A stretch of 64,000 bases of DNA, taken from the NCBI GenBank assembly GCA_964106915.2, contig OZ066928.1; one strand, written 5' to 3'. Made by a program: the position numbers and the translations under genes. The notes beneath the pieces were generated by a model. The model was given only the letters and a program-made list of their open reading frames with translations. It did no database searches and had not been told where the DNA came from. Origin of the DNA: Podarcis gaigeae (taxonomy: Eukaryota). This document shows, piece after piece, positions 1 to 12,674 of this stretch. The stretch's first letter is position 1, and every line of letters begins with the position of its first letter.

Positions 1-96
1 AAGACTTGGGATGACCTTTTTAAAAAAATGCAGAATTGACTCTTTGAGATTTATGTTTCTATCTCTTTGTTTTCATTTTTCTTTTTTCCAATGTCC

Positions 97-236
97 NNNN
101 NNNNNNNNNNNNNNNNNNNNNNNNNNNNNNNNNNNNNNNNNNNNNNNNNNNNNNNNNNNNNNNNNNNNNNNNNNNNNNNNNNNNNNNNNNNNNNNNNNNN
201 NNNNNNNNNNNNNNNNNNNNNNNNNNNNNNNNNNNN
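97..236. other. assembly gap
   Basis: Run of N. Confidence 0.99.
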
Positions 237-1505
237 TGCTCTGGTGAAGAATTTAAACATACCTAGGAACTTAAAATGCAATATTTGACCTTGCGCTGAT
301 GTCAGATGATGGAGCGATACTTTAATTGTAAGGGATGACTCTTCTTTAAATGCCACTTATGTATCAATAGAAAATAAAGGATTGTGTCCAACTAAGTCAC
401 GCTCAGAGTAGACCCACTGAAACAAATAGACCAGTTAGCCACATCAGTTGACTTCAGTGGGTCTGTAACTTACTTGCATACAACCCTGAGTCCCTTTATT
501 GGGAATCCTTCCATACATTGCAGCAAGCTAGCAATGTGCTACAGTAAGGTAGCTGAGTATCAAGATCAGTAGCATGCCAAATAGAAACCATAGAGCAACG
601 TCCACAGGGTCTCTGTGACAAAAAGCTGCTCTTTGGTACATAGGCTATCATCAGCAACATGGGGAAAGTATTTTAAATAAGTTTATGAATAATTGCTATA
701 ATGTTCCTCTTGTCTGGCAGTCACTGTTGGTACTTCATCTGCATGTACTTCGATTTGCTGCTGTTTGGAGGAGACTCCGGCCTCCATTTTTCTTTGAGAT
801 GTTTCGCACTTTATGGTTTTTAAAATGTGCTTCTAAAAATGTGATGTGTGAGTGAACATTATTGGAAAAATGCAAGTCATTGTGCCGGAATTGAGTGGCT
901 TCAACCTGTCAAGTGTCCAGCAGGTTACATACATACTTGGGTGTTGCTCTCACCATTTGGCCAGGCTGGATGGGGCTGATGGGAGTTGGAGTCCCAACAA
1001 CATCTCAGAGGGTTCCCTAGCCCCGCCCTGTTTTGATGCTGCAGTTTGAGAGAGTGTGTGTCTGATTTACCTTTTGTGGGGCCAAGATTTAACCAACATA
1101 CATGCAATACTACCATTAGAAACTTCGATTGCAAATGACTTCATGTAGTTTTTTAGTGCAAACATGGCAGCAAATTTCTTGTTTGCTTATTCCATACATA
1201 TTAAAAACAGTTATATGAAGCTGCTCTTCCATATAAAACATCACAAGTCAGTATACAAACTAAAAGCATCAAATGTTTAAAAAATGAGCTCTAGAAAGCA
1301 GAATTGTGTGTGCCTTCTGGCTGCCCACCCTTCTTCACAGGAAGAAATAGGTGAGATTTCTTCTTGCAAGGCCATTTTTCTAGGTGAGAGAATTTGCATG
1401 CTGCATGGTTAGACCTGGCCCTGGCGTCTACACAATGTCTTCACTAGTTATGCCTTGCAATTTGGCTTTTGGTTTCTGTGTTCTAATAGTATTTTCCTCC
1501 CCTGA

Positions 1506-1616
<111 letters not shown>

Positions 1617-2067
1617 TAGGAGTCCATTTTTCTCTATGCTTACAATCTGCATTTCATGGGCATGCCAGTTTTATTATTGGCAAAAAGTGAGCTGTTTCCT
1701 GCAGCATCTCTCCTGATAATGGCAGCAAAGATCTAATAATGACGCTTAATAGAATATTCTCCCCTTTCTTCTGCATCTGGATCTAATGGATTCTAGGAGT
1801 CTGGGCATATTAGGGTATTAGAGCTTTGCAAAGAGGAATTGATTATGATGATGAACAGATTGCAGTATGAGAGAGCAGCAGTCCTGAAGCTCTTCATTTA
1901 GAGGCTGAGGCAGTTGTTTTCAGGCTCTTAGCCCAAAGCAAATGTGACATTAAATGTATAACTGTATTAGCTGCAGGATTGAGGCTGTCGGCAGAGGGGG
2001 CTTAACCCTTTCTCCCTGTGCTGCACCCCTGCTGAAAATCCCCAGCTGCTTTTGTTAACAGGGAAAT

Positions 2068-2112
2068 GTTTGTTTGTTTGTTTGTTTGTTTGTTTGTTTG
2101 TTTGTTTGTTTG
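2068..2112. repeat. (TTTG)n microsatellite
   Basis: Read directly; a second (TTTG)n lies at ~3893-3922. Confidence 0.95.
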
Positions 2113-3084
2113 TGAAAGTATTTGTATACCACCATTTCATGCAATACAACACGGAGGTGCACGGCAACATATACCATAAAATGTAAAACACCACAAAACA
2201 GTATACAATTACTAAAATGACTGATGATAAAGAATACAGTGATTAAAAGTAGGCACACTGAATGAGTTCAAGCATTTAACATCAAAAGCTTTGGCCCTCA
2301 CATCAGAGCACTGTGTCATGGCTGGACCAGCTTTTGTGCTGAACAGATCTAGGATCAGTTCTAGCCCTTGAAAGCTATCATTGGACTTGGCCATTGTTCT
2401 GGGCTCTTAATTTTACCAATTTCTTGCAGAGCAGCTTCCCTCGTAGCTCTGCATTGGCACTAGGGTCAGCCTATAGCTTATGATCTATGCCAGAGCTTGT
2501 GACCATCCAGATCTGGCTGCAGCTAATATTCCACCATGCCTCATTCTAACTCAGGCTCAGGAGAGTTGGGAGTCAAACATCTGGGTGGCCACAGGTTCCA
2601 CATCCCTGATCTTTGCAAATTTGATGGAGACGTATGGTCCTTTTAACTAGGCACTACTTTCCCCAGTCCTGTACACATTGCCGAATGGGTGGACTTAATT
2701 AGACCCGGATTGCAACTGCTTCAATTTCAAGCCAGTTTAGCTTTTAAGGGAAACTTTAAACACAGCAGAACAATTCTGCCTTTTTTTCTCTTTAATGGCT
2801 AAATGTTTGCCGATCTGCTGTTTGTGTAATTAAACATCAAACTACCTTTAAAGGCAATTCCAGAACTATTCCAGATAAGTGCATGTTGCTGATCATGGGC
2901 CAGATCCTGTGTTAGCAGCCACACCAAAATGCACATTCATCCTTAGTAGAACTTCTGGTTTAATTTACAATGCTTTTGTCCTCATGGGTCTTACTTCCCT
3001 TCCCACTTAGCCTCACTTCTTCTTCTTCTTCTTTGGCGATTCATTTTATTCTGATATATCAACAGTTGCACTTTTTAAATCATA

Positions 3085-3440
3085 AAGGTAAAGGTAATGG
3101 GACCCCTGACCATTAGGTCCAGTCGTGGCCGACTCTGGGGTTGCGGAGCTCATCTCGCTTTATTGGCTGAGGGAGCCGGCGTACAGCTTCCGGGTCATGT
3201 GGCCAGCATGGCTAAGCCGCTTCTGGCAAACCAGAGCAGCGCACGGAAATGCCGTTTGCCTTCTCGCTGGAGCGGTACCTATTGATCTACTTGCACTTTG
3301 ACGTGCTTTTGAACTGCTAGGTTGGCAGGAGCAGGGACCGAGCAATGGGAGCTCACCCCGTTGCAGGGATTCGAACCGCCGTCCTTCTGATCGGCAAGTC
3401 CTAGGCTCTGTGGTTTAACCCACAGCGCCACCTGCGTCCC
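3085..3440 (-). mobile_element. Sauria SINE, subfamily A
   Basis: tRNA-like head gggacgcaggtggcgctgtgggttaaacc...ggttcgaatccc on -, (ACCTTT)n tail, near-perfect TSD tttttaaa(a)tcata. Confidence 0.9.
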
Positions 3441-4167
3441 TTTTTAAAATCATAGCAGTACATAAAACAGGTCCTGTGCGTGTGCTTTTTGTTGATGCTT
3501 TTGCTGCCCTTTACTGATGCACATTCAAGGCATTGGGCTAAACACCAAACCTTAAGGGACAGGTAGCCAGCATTGTATCATCCAGATATTGCTGGACTAC
3601 AACTTCCATCATCTTGACCAATGGTAATGCTGACCAGGGCTGATTGAATTTGACAAGGAAAAGCTACACAAAGAATGCTAGCCCAAGAGCTGCTTGGTGA
3701 ATTGGCATGTTGGCGTGTGCTTGATTTAGAAGCTTGGACTCTGGTGAGTTCTTTCCTGTGCCAAATCTGACTGGCTGAAAGCAGGTCTCTTCTGACTAAT
3801 TGCCTTCTCCTTAGTCAGTGGGCCATGGGGATGACTTCAGATAAATAACAGAAAAATAGCTTCAGATAAATAACATACAGGAAGCCAGGGTTTTGTTTGT
3901 TTGTTTGTTTGTTTGTTTGTTTTTGTTTTTAAAGTAAAAAACATGGTGGGGTTTGTTTGTTTTTTAGTCTAGATCATAAGAGAGAGGGGAGGTCATTCCA
4001 CAAGCTGGTTCTAGATAGCAGGTGTTTATAGAAGCTCATTCTCCAGCCCTAATGACTAGTTGTAGGAATCAACATTGGTATACTTTTCCAATTAATAAAT
4101 AATGGCCTTGTCCCTTCCAAGGCTTACCCTATTTAGGTTATTCCTCATAAAATTCATGCTCCTAGGT

Positions 4168-4418
4168 CAGGGTTTAGCAAACCTTTTCAGCAGGGGGCCA
4201 GTTGACTGTCCCTCAGACCTTGTGGGGGCCAGACTATATTTTGAAGGGGAAAAAATGAATGAATTCCTATGCCCCACAAATAACCCAGAGATGCATTTGA
4301 AATAAAAGGATACATTCTACTCATGTAAAAACACACTGATTCCTGGATCGTCCGTGGGCCGGATTTAGAAGGCAATTGGGCCAGATCCGGCCCCCGGGCC
4401 TCAGTTTGCCTACCCATG
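4168..4418. mobile_element. hAT-superfamily MITE
   Basis: Imperfect TIRs cagggtttagcaaac / gtttgcctacccatg; perfect 8-bp TSD tcctaggt. Confidence 0.88.
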
Positions 4419-4608
4419 TCCTAGGTCATTGGTGGATAATGGATCATAAAGGGGCAGGGAACCTGTGTGTGGACATATGTGTGTCTGGCCTCTATATGCA
4501 GACTGCAATGTGTGTGCATTGTGTTACTCACTGCATATTTTGCAGTCAGAAGTCTGTTTCTTGATGTGTTGCTTTGGGAATTCCTGAACGTTTCCTCCTT
4601 TTCTTTAA

Positions 4609-4776
<168 letters not shown>

Positions 4777-7700
4777 CACTGAGCCGCATGACCAGTCCCT
4801 GGACTTCTCTGCAGACCTCTTCCCAGGAGACCCCACCCCCTCTTGGTCTAGCTATCTCTATTACTGTACAATTTTATGATGATAGTTTCCGTTGCCATGA
4901 TGGCGCTTCTCCACAGCAGGTTAAGTTCATCATGGCAACGGATGGAAACGCTGCATCATTACAAAGAGCCCCTTCACTCTCTTTTTACAAAATCCTTACT
5001 TTGGCTAGTATATAGACCTTTTGGGATTCTTTTGATATAAAACCTTAAAATTCTAACTTCATTAACATTGAACTATATCAGTCAAGTTTCTCTGTAAGAC
5101 TGTGGATGGAAGGAAAGAGTATAATGCTTAAAGGGTTTGGATTAGAGAATACAAGCATGATTAGCTGCTCATAAAAACAAAATATACAAGATTTAGGTCA
5201 GAAACTTAGACTATGAAGGAGGCCTGAGTAGAACTAGCTGTACAATCCTCAATGTTCCTATAAACTTGTTTTCATTTCGTGTAAGTAAATATGTGAGCCT
5301 CAGATCCTTCTGATAATCCTAGGAGAGGCAGATTTTGAGATGAATTGCTTGATTATGAATAGAAGGCAGCTATGGTTTTTGCGTGGTATACAATGATCAT
5401 ATAGGAAGAATTTTATTGCAAAGCCAGTTCAGGCTGTATTGGCCAATGCATTTGCCATTTTAATTGCTGCACATCTAGGAAGGCGGTGTGCCACCTTTTT
5501 ACTCATGGGACTCAAGGCCTTCACAGGCCCCATGTATAGCAAGGTGGCTTGTGCATGAGTGACTGTTTGCACCAATGCCATTCTAAGACTTCAAGGATAG
5601 AAGCTGCTTTTGTGCTGAAGCCATTGGCATGTAGCAGCTGTCGTATAAGGAAGTCAATGGATTTAGGTATTAGTGCCTTTGACAAGGATGCAAGTTATAA
5701 AAATAATAGGGGGGTATAGGGATAAACTGGAGAAAAGATGGCTATATTGAACTCCTTTCTCTATTGAGAGTTGGTGAGGAATGAAATTAGTTCGAGAGCA
5801 GAAATCGGTTTTCTTCTCTCTCTTCCCAACATATTCCAGTTGCCTGGAGTTTGTTACAATCAACCAAACGCAATTACTGTTTTAAGTAGTCATGGTGGTG
5901 GATATGAAAAATGCGTTTGGATTTAATGAGTCATCTGAATGGTTCTGAGCCGGAGGGATCAGTCCTGTGGCAATGACTGTCTTTCTGTCCTACGTGAAAG
6001 GGGCTGAAAGAGTTATTGTCTTGATCAGACTCTAGCAATGAGGAAGAGAGACGGGGGAAAGGCGTTCATGAAGTTGGAAGCTGTTAGTAGTTTGGGACTC
6101 ACCTTATTTAATGTACTGACAGAACTCTTGTGGACAGTGATGAAGTGTATATTCAAGGGGATAGGCTCTTTGCTAAACAGCCCTGTGATCTTAAGATGAA
6201 GAGCGAGATATAAATTTAATAAATAACAATAATAAATTTTGGAGGAACCAAATACATTTTCACAGGAATCCCAGCATATTTCATTCACTAGATGTGGAGT
6301 TCATATGCATACCTGTAGGAGGATAGATGAGTGTGGGCAAAACCAAACACTATTAAATGTCAAGCAGCTGGTTAAGAATCCTCAAATGTACTCTTAATTC
6401 TCATACGTACAGAGAGGCAAGCAGAGGGTGGCTCTCACATTAACAGGGAAGCTAGCAGAGAAAGTTCTCACAGGGAATGCTGTCATTTCCTTCATCCACA
6501 GCATTTGATGTCCAAATATTAACTTTCTGTTTTAATGCCTTAATTTTAAGTGAGCAGAAGGCCTGAAAACACAAGTAGCCAACAGATGTCTGGCAGACAT
6601 TGCAGGTCAGGAAAAGAACTGGCCATTGCTTCTGTTGAAGTTATGTGGGGACCCTTTCCATTTGGGTGTTGGAAAGCAGATTCACCTTGAAACAACAGGT
6701 ATCAACAAGTGGCTTTCTGAATGCAACTTTTTCATTCTTGCCCTTTAAAGGGAAACTTGAGCACAAGCTGAAAAAAAATATTATCTGCTGCAAAACATTT
6801 GAAAAATCAGCCATGGCCACCCAATCCCATCTTTCCTCTGTTATCTCATTACAGCTCATGCTTCTGGGTGAGCTCATTGTTAGAAGTTTTTTAAAAAGAT
6901 CTATTATATATATATAAATATATGTGTATTTAAAGGTGCTAATCAACCTTGAGCAGGTCACGTGACTGGTCATGCGGACTCGGAAATCATATCAGATTTT
7001 TTTAGAAAAAAAATCCTCAATATATGCAGATGTTATACAGAATTTCTTACCAGTGTAATAATGAAATACTGATTTAAATAAAATATCCTGCAGGGTTTGA
7101 AGGACGAGGTCAGCAATACTTCCCACCATGGCTTGGGGGAGGAAAAAGGATCATTTTGTCTCCTTTTTTGTACACAGTGTAATGCACAATGCATATTTGT
7201 CTATGTTTCAGTAGCTGTTGCTTGGGAAATTAAAACTAGTTCAAAGGGTTATACAAACTGGAAAGGTGTGCTTTAAAAAAAACATGAAAAACCTCCAGAC
7301 CCTTCTGAGCCTATCTTGCATATGTTCATTTAGGAAGAGTTCTTGCTTGGCATGTTGTGAGACAGAAGCTTCAGCAAATGTTCTGTTTTTACATATAGAT
7401 GAATCTGTTTCTTGCTGACATTTTTTTCCTGGCACTTACCTCTTGAGCATGGAAGTGCCAACGACACAAAGGATTATGTTACTTATGTAATTGTAGGTTT
7501 ATTCGTACAAAACATGATGTACTTCACAGGAACATAGTAGCTCTGTTTGCTGAAAACAAATCAAGGAAAAAAACAAGGCTTGAAATATGCCTCGTGGTTT
7601 GTTCCTAAATATGCAAATTGAAATTGGAGCATTTTGTGTTGATTTTGAAAATCCCAGACAGATTTCTCACCTTCCTGTCAATATTGATCACTGAGCTTTG

Positions 7701-9075
7701 GGCAAGCATTGATCAGTTACTTTTGCCTTATTTCATTCCAAAAGGCGCTTTTGTTCTAGCTTTAAAAGTTTGCTTCCTGCACCCGTGTGGTATGAGGCAG
7801 TTCCAGAACAAGTCTCTCCGGTTATGCTGAAGGAGAGTTGCGTCCCTGAGCTGCACACACACAACATACACCGTTCCAGTAGCTGGAAGAGTCTTGTGCA
7901 GTGATGTGTCTTGCATCGTTGCCACTTTCCCGCTGGGGCTGCAGCAGGCTCCGGTGGGATGGGAGGTGCTTTGCACCAACCTGGAAGCACCGGGCCACAC
8001 CACACACCCTGATGCGTATGTATCTCAACCTTTTCACTTGTCTTCAACTGTGCAGGTTCTTGAAACTGTTGCCTGGAGTAGATTACATCTCTTGTGTGTT
8101 GGATCGAACCAAAGAATCCTCCAGCCAAGCCTAAATGCTGCTCCTAAAAAAATAAAATAAAAAAGCCTGCCTTCCAGTCCTTCCAAAATCCCTGCAGGAT
8201 GAAATGGGTTAACTTTTTTTTATTTTTGTACAGTTTCTTAACTGATTTTTTGCTAGTGATGTTAATTGAATTAAGTTTCGAGGAGCCTAAGCGACTCCTC
8301 CAATGAAATAAAACTGGTGACTTTTTTGTGTTTTAAATAAAATAATATAGAAACCCGAAGTGTGCCTCTCAGATTTTAAGGGTTTCTGGTTACATTTATT
8401 AAGACCAGCAATGATTATTCTTTATATACAAAGATATGTTTTTTTTCCTTGTTTTTTTTTATTACTGTTTCAGAAGAAGACTAAAAAAAATGAATAAAAA
8501 AAATACCTTCCTTTTGCTCTGGATCCAGTAACTTTGCTGGTACACAAATGCACTGAGAACAAAAGAACTTTTGTAACAACTTATGACTGTTTTGTATATC
8601 AAAGTTGATTCTTTTCAAAAGATTGGATCTAGTTTCTAAGTTATTTTCGTGTTTTATATGTTACAAGAATTAATGGTTCACCAGCATAATGAGTTCTTTA
8701 ATGCAACAAGGTGACACAAATGGGCAAAAAAAGAAAAGCTGCCTGGAGTAGCTTAAAGGCCCCTATTTTTTTCCTTCCTTAGTAACTTGACTATTGATTA
8801 CAATATTATCACAGATTACCACAAACCTCCTACCATTTAAACTAGATCCTTCCATGTTTATTTGCTATTAGTGTGAAGATACTGTTGAATAAAATGGGCA
8901 TTTTTATAAGTATGGCTTAAAGGTAAAAATGAGGAAAAAGGAAAAAAAAATCTAGAAGGTAATTTGTGGGTCTGTGAGATAATGGCTGTGGAAAGATATT
9001 GTAGTAGTTTTAACACTATTGTTATTACCTTTTAAATCATTTACCCAATAAAAATAAGCAGAAAAAGAAATAATC
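4777..9075 (+). other. AMMECR1: AMMECR1 long 3'UTR (end approximate)
   Basis: Follows the stop codon. AT-rich, no recognisable TE until 9356, several AATAAA hexamers, the most distal at 9047-9052 followed by a U/GU-rich tract. Confidence 0.65.
9047..9052 (+). terminator. candidate distal polyadenylation signal of AMMECR1
   Basis: AATAAA followed ~30 nt later by ttgtatttatgcttttcc; TE-containing DNA starts just downstream. Confidence 0.5.
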
Positions 9076-9355
9076 ACTGCTTGTATTTATGCTTTTCCTT
9101 CAAAGTGTTTTGGCCTGATATATTTCAACCAGATACGTTCAGCTGCCACCATTCTGCAAGAAAATGGGAGATAGGGAGGCTTCAAGTTAACCTTGAAAAT
9201 GCATTTTAGCTTTTCAATATGTAAGCAGAGAGCTTTTCTTTGAAGTACAGTAGGTACCCATGAGGGGGAACCCATACTGGGCATTCTCTGGTGAGCATCA
9301 TGTAAGATTTAAAGATGTTTCTATCTATTAGCAACTTGTTAGCCAATTCACTGTA

Positions 9356-9596
9356 CAGTGGTACCTTGGTTTACGAACTTAATCCATTCCTGAAGTCCGT
9401 TCTTAAACTGAAACCGTTCTTAAACCGAAGCGCGCTTTCCCTAACGAGGCCTCCCGCCGCCAGTGCCCTTCCACCATTTGGATTCCATTCTTAGACCAAG
9501 GTAAAGTTTGCAAACTAAGACACTACTTCCGGCTTTGCGGAGTTCTCAAACCAAGTAGTTTGTAAACAGGACTGTTCGTAAACCGAGGTACCACTG
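9356..9596. mobile_element. Tc1/mariner (Tigger/pogo-like) MITE, family 1
   Basis: TIRs cagtggtaccttggtttacgaac / gttcgtaaaccgaggtaccactg; TA TSD. Confidence 0.88.
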
Positions 9597-10154
9597 TACT
9601 TGGTGTTCCTCTGTTGCATGTAAATTCAACCTCCTGAAGTGTTTCAGTGGACTTTTTCAACTTTTCGAAGTCCACTTGGAGAAACAGAATTCCACAGCCC
9701 CTTCAAGTGTGATGTACGAGTTGCAGTTTGTGGCTGAATACCACTGTCCTTGCCGCTCCTTTAACATTTTTTCCCAGCCTCCAATCAGCTGGCTTCAGTT
9801 GGAGCTATTGCTAGGCCCCTTCCATTATGTAAATGACCCATGTTTGTGTAAATCGTAAGGAAAGATCTCCCATGCTTTGTAATAAAAGCTACTTTGGGGG
9901 CATGCTTTCCACAAGCTCAGAATCTGAGCTGTGCTTTTCTTCCAGCTGCTTTTTAAAAAAACTTTAAAGGGCTGACTTTCCCTTCTCCCCTCCAGTTGGG
10001 TGTGTGATTGTGGAGTAGCAGAATTCCATGCCTATTAAGTATCTAGACCTCCTGGTCTTAAATTACTATTGATGCAGTAGTAATATGGTGACTTAAAACA
10101 GGGGGACTTTCAACGCTCCAAGTCAAATTACAGTTTACAAGTTCGCTTTCGCAA

Positions 10155-10228
10155 TCTTAAGAGTCTTGTGGCACCAAATGTATTAAGAGCACAAGCTTTT
10201 TTGTGAACCACAGTTCACTGGGTCAGCA
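10155..10228 (-). mobile_element. decayed Penelope-like 3' end with a degenerate hammerhead core
   Basis: Minus strand gctgacccagtgaactgtggttcacaaaaaagcttgtgct...ggtgccacaagactc parallels the element end at 27020-27095. Stem gtgaac/gttcac and aagctt are retained; the core is mutated. Confidence 0.55.
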
Positions 10229-11987
10229 ATGTAATCCATGAAATCTTATTGCCATCATATGCATTTTGATCTTTGAGATGCAATAGGACTCTTTGTTCTT
10301 TTTGCTCCAGCTGCCTAACATAATTACCCCCCTTTGGCAATTCCACAATCCAGTTATTTTTAAAGGAAAAAACTATTATGCCAGCTGTAGGCTGATATTG
10401 TGATATGTAGATCAATGGATTAAACTAGCTGATAGGCTCCAAAATTATTATATTTGGCTACACAACTACCAGCCTTATCCTTAATTATTATCTATATGCT
10501 TTCCTAGAAATGTGCATAGCTCTCAGGTACCTACTAGCTGGTGCTCTTGCCGTCAGTAGCAACTATGAACTTCCTGCATCTCCATAGGACTTTTAGAGCA
10601 AAGGATGGCTTTGTGTTTTTGCTCCAGGGTGGTCCACCATCCCACAAATGTCCCACATTTTAGCCACCATCCCACAAATGTCCAAAAGTGGAAGTTACCT
10701 TTAGCATAACTTGTTTTAATTCCTTTATACCACAACTGTGCTAATTGGATGTAGGAATATTTATTCCATTTAAATAAATGCAACCAACTTCCCCAGGAAC
10801 AATATTTTATTAAGAGATAAAGAAAGTCATTTCAGACACAAATACAAATTCCCATAAATTCAAGTACGCGATATCTACTTTGTGTGTGTATTTGGAAAAT
10901 GTTACCTAATGGGTTTTTATTACATTTTTTTTTTTAAGGAATGAGTAGTTTATAAAATTGAACCTACTGTAAAACACCTAGGATTCAGTGGAAGAGAGGA
11001 GGGCTTCAGGGTGGGTTATAGGTCAGGGGAGACACACACACATCCCACTGCCAGTTTTGATGATGGAATAAGCCTCTGCCCAACGGGTACCACTGAAAAG
11101 AAATTCAAAGTAACAAAAGTAATACAGTTTGGCCAAGAAAGGGAGAAAATGAGATGGCTGTTTTTTTAAATTAACTGGCTGGAGATGTCTGCTACTGCAG
11201 GAGAATGGCAGCTTCAGATTAGATGCCATTAAAAACTCATTTTCCCCATATTTATAAAGAGGCAAAAAAGGAATAGGAATTCCCCTGATCTCGATGGTGG
11301 CCAAAACAGCAAGGATAGGTTAGCTATCCTAAAGATACCTAATAAATCATTTATGGATCACAGTTCCTGCTTAAAAAATAAATACTTAATCATAGCTGCT
11401 GCAGAAATGTATCATATGTAGGTTAATCTTCACCTCCATCACACAACACAACCACAAATGTACAAGAAATCAGGGTATTTTGCCCTATAAAGACTACTGG
11501 CGTACAACTCAAGTTCATAATACATAGCAAAATAGTTCATTCTAAAAGAGGAGTAATGAATACGGCCTTTACAAAACACTGAATTAGCAATACAGAAAAA
11601 TATCAAAATTCTGATATAGGCCACAGAAGAAGATAGTCACAGCTACACTGAGGTACTCTAAAAATTGTCTTCCTCAACCAGGTGCCCTGCAGATGGGAGT
11701 TGTTCGAACCATCTGGTGGACACCAGGTTGGGTAAGGCTGATCTCTAATGTTAAAGTGCACATCACAGCCACCCTTCCCAGGCCTTCCATCTCTGGCTTT
11801 CCAAAAGGACAGCTTCTGCTGAACAGAAGGCTATCCTGCAGCCCTAGGGAGTTCTACAGCCAGAAAGATTAAACAAGAAGCTCCAAACACGAAAGCATTG
11901 CAACCCAAGTCCATGCTGATCCCGCCATATGATCTAAGTGGAGGAGTAAAAATCCACAATGCACGGCAACACAGGCATTCTAAGGTG

Positions 11988-12122
11988 CAGTGCTTTTTTT
12001 CTAGGGGTCCTCAAGGGTACTCAGTACTGGCACCTCCCCCCCCAAAAAAATGTTAAAAGTGTGGCACTTACTGTTAACAACTTCATAGTGCCAGCACCTT
12101 TATTTTTTTTAAAAAAGCACTG
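11988..12122. mobile_element. hAT MITE inside the putative TMEM164 3'UTR
   Basis: TIRs cagtgctttttt / aaaaaagcactg; perfect 8-bp TSD ctaaggtg. Confidence 0.85.
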
Positions 12123-12537
12123 CTAAGGTGCAATAGACATTGGCACCCCACTTATTCAAGCACCATATCCTAACAAAAGCTACACTTTGCCTTGCAACGC
12201 TATGCCTTGAAAACTAGCTAAAGAAGCAATGAAGACAGTCCTTTAGTTAGGATGGGGGAGGTATGAGGCCTATAATGAAACTTACAAATTCCAGCCTCTG
12301 GCTCCTTAAGACAATTTACACATCCACCTTCAATGAACAGGACAGCATATAAAGGCAAAGTAGGTAGGGGGCCCAACTCACCTGGAAGTCAAGCACTGGA
12401 CAAACACATCTATCCATGTGGAAATTCTCCCCAGCTGTGACCTGTTACAAATTGTCCTGTCAGAAATGAAAAGCCCCTCTTGGCAAAGGGTGCAATTCTT
12501 AAGTAGGTCAGGCTTTACCTATGGTAGTGGTGAAGAG

Positions 12538-12674
12538 CAGGGATGCAGAAGCTATGGCCCTCCAGGTGTTATTGGGCTCCCACTTCCATCAATCCCAACC
12601 AGCATGGGCATGAGCAGGCACTATGGGAGTTGTAGTCCAGCAACATCTGGAGGGCCACAGTTTCCTCACCCCTG
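12538..12674. mobile_element. short palindromic hAT-type MITE (older copy)
   Basis: caggg...tggccctccaggtgtt...aacatctggagggcca...ccctg fold-back, related to 20944-21080. Further decayed copies at ~930-1030, ~2490-2610, ~3565-3650, ~33275-33330, ~60110-60240, ~61010-61125. Confidence 0.7.

Noticed and set aside
10634-10683. Short direct repeats with spacers (also ~3836-3872, ~44733-44778, ~52028-52058) as CRISPR-like arrays
   Set aside because: Only two units each; ordinary local tandem duplications in a vertebrate genome.
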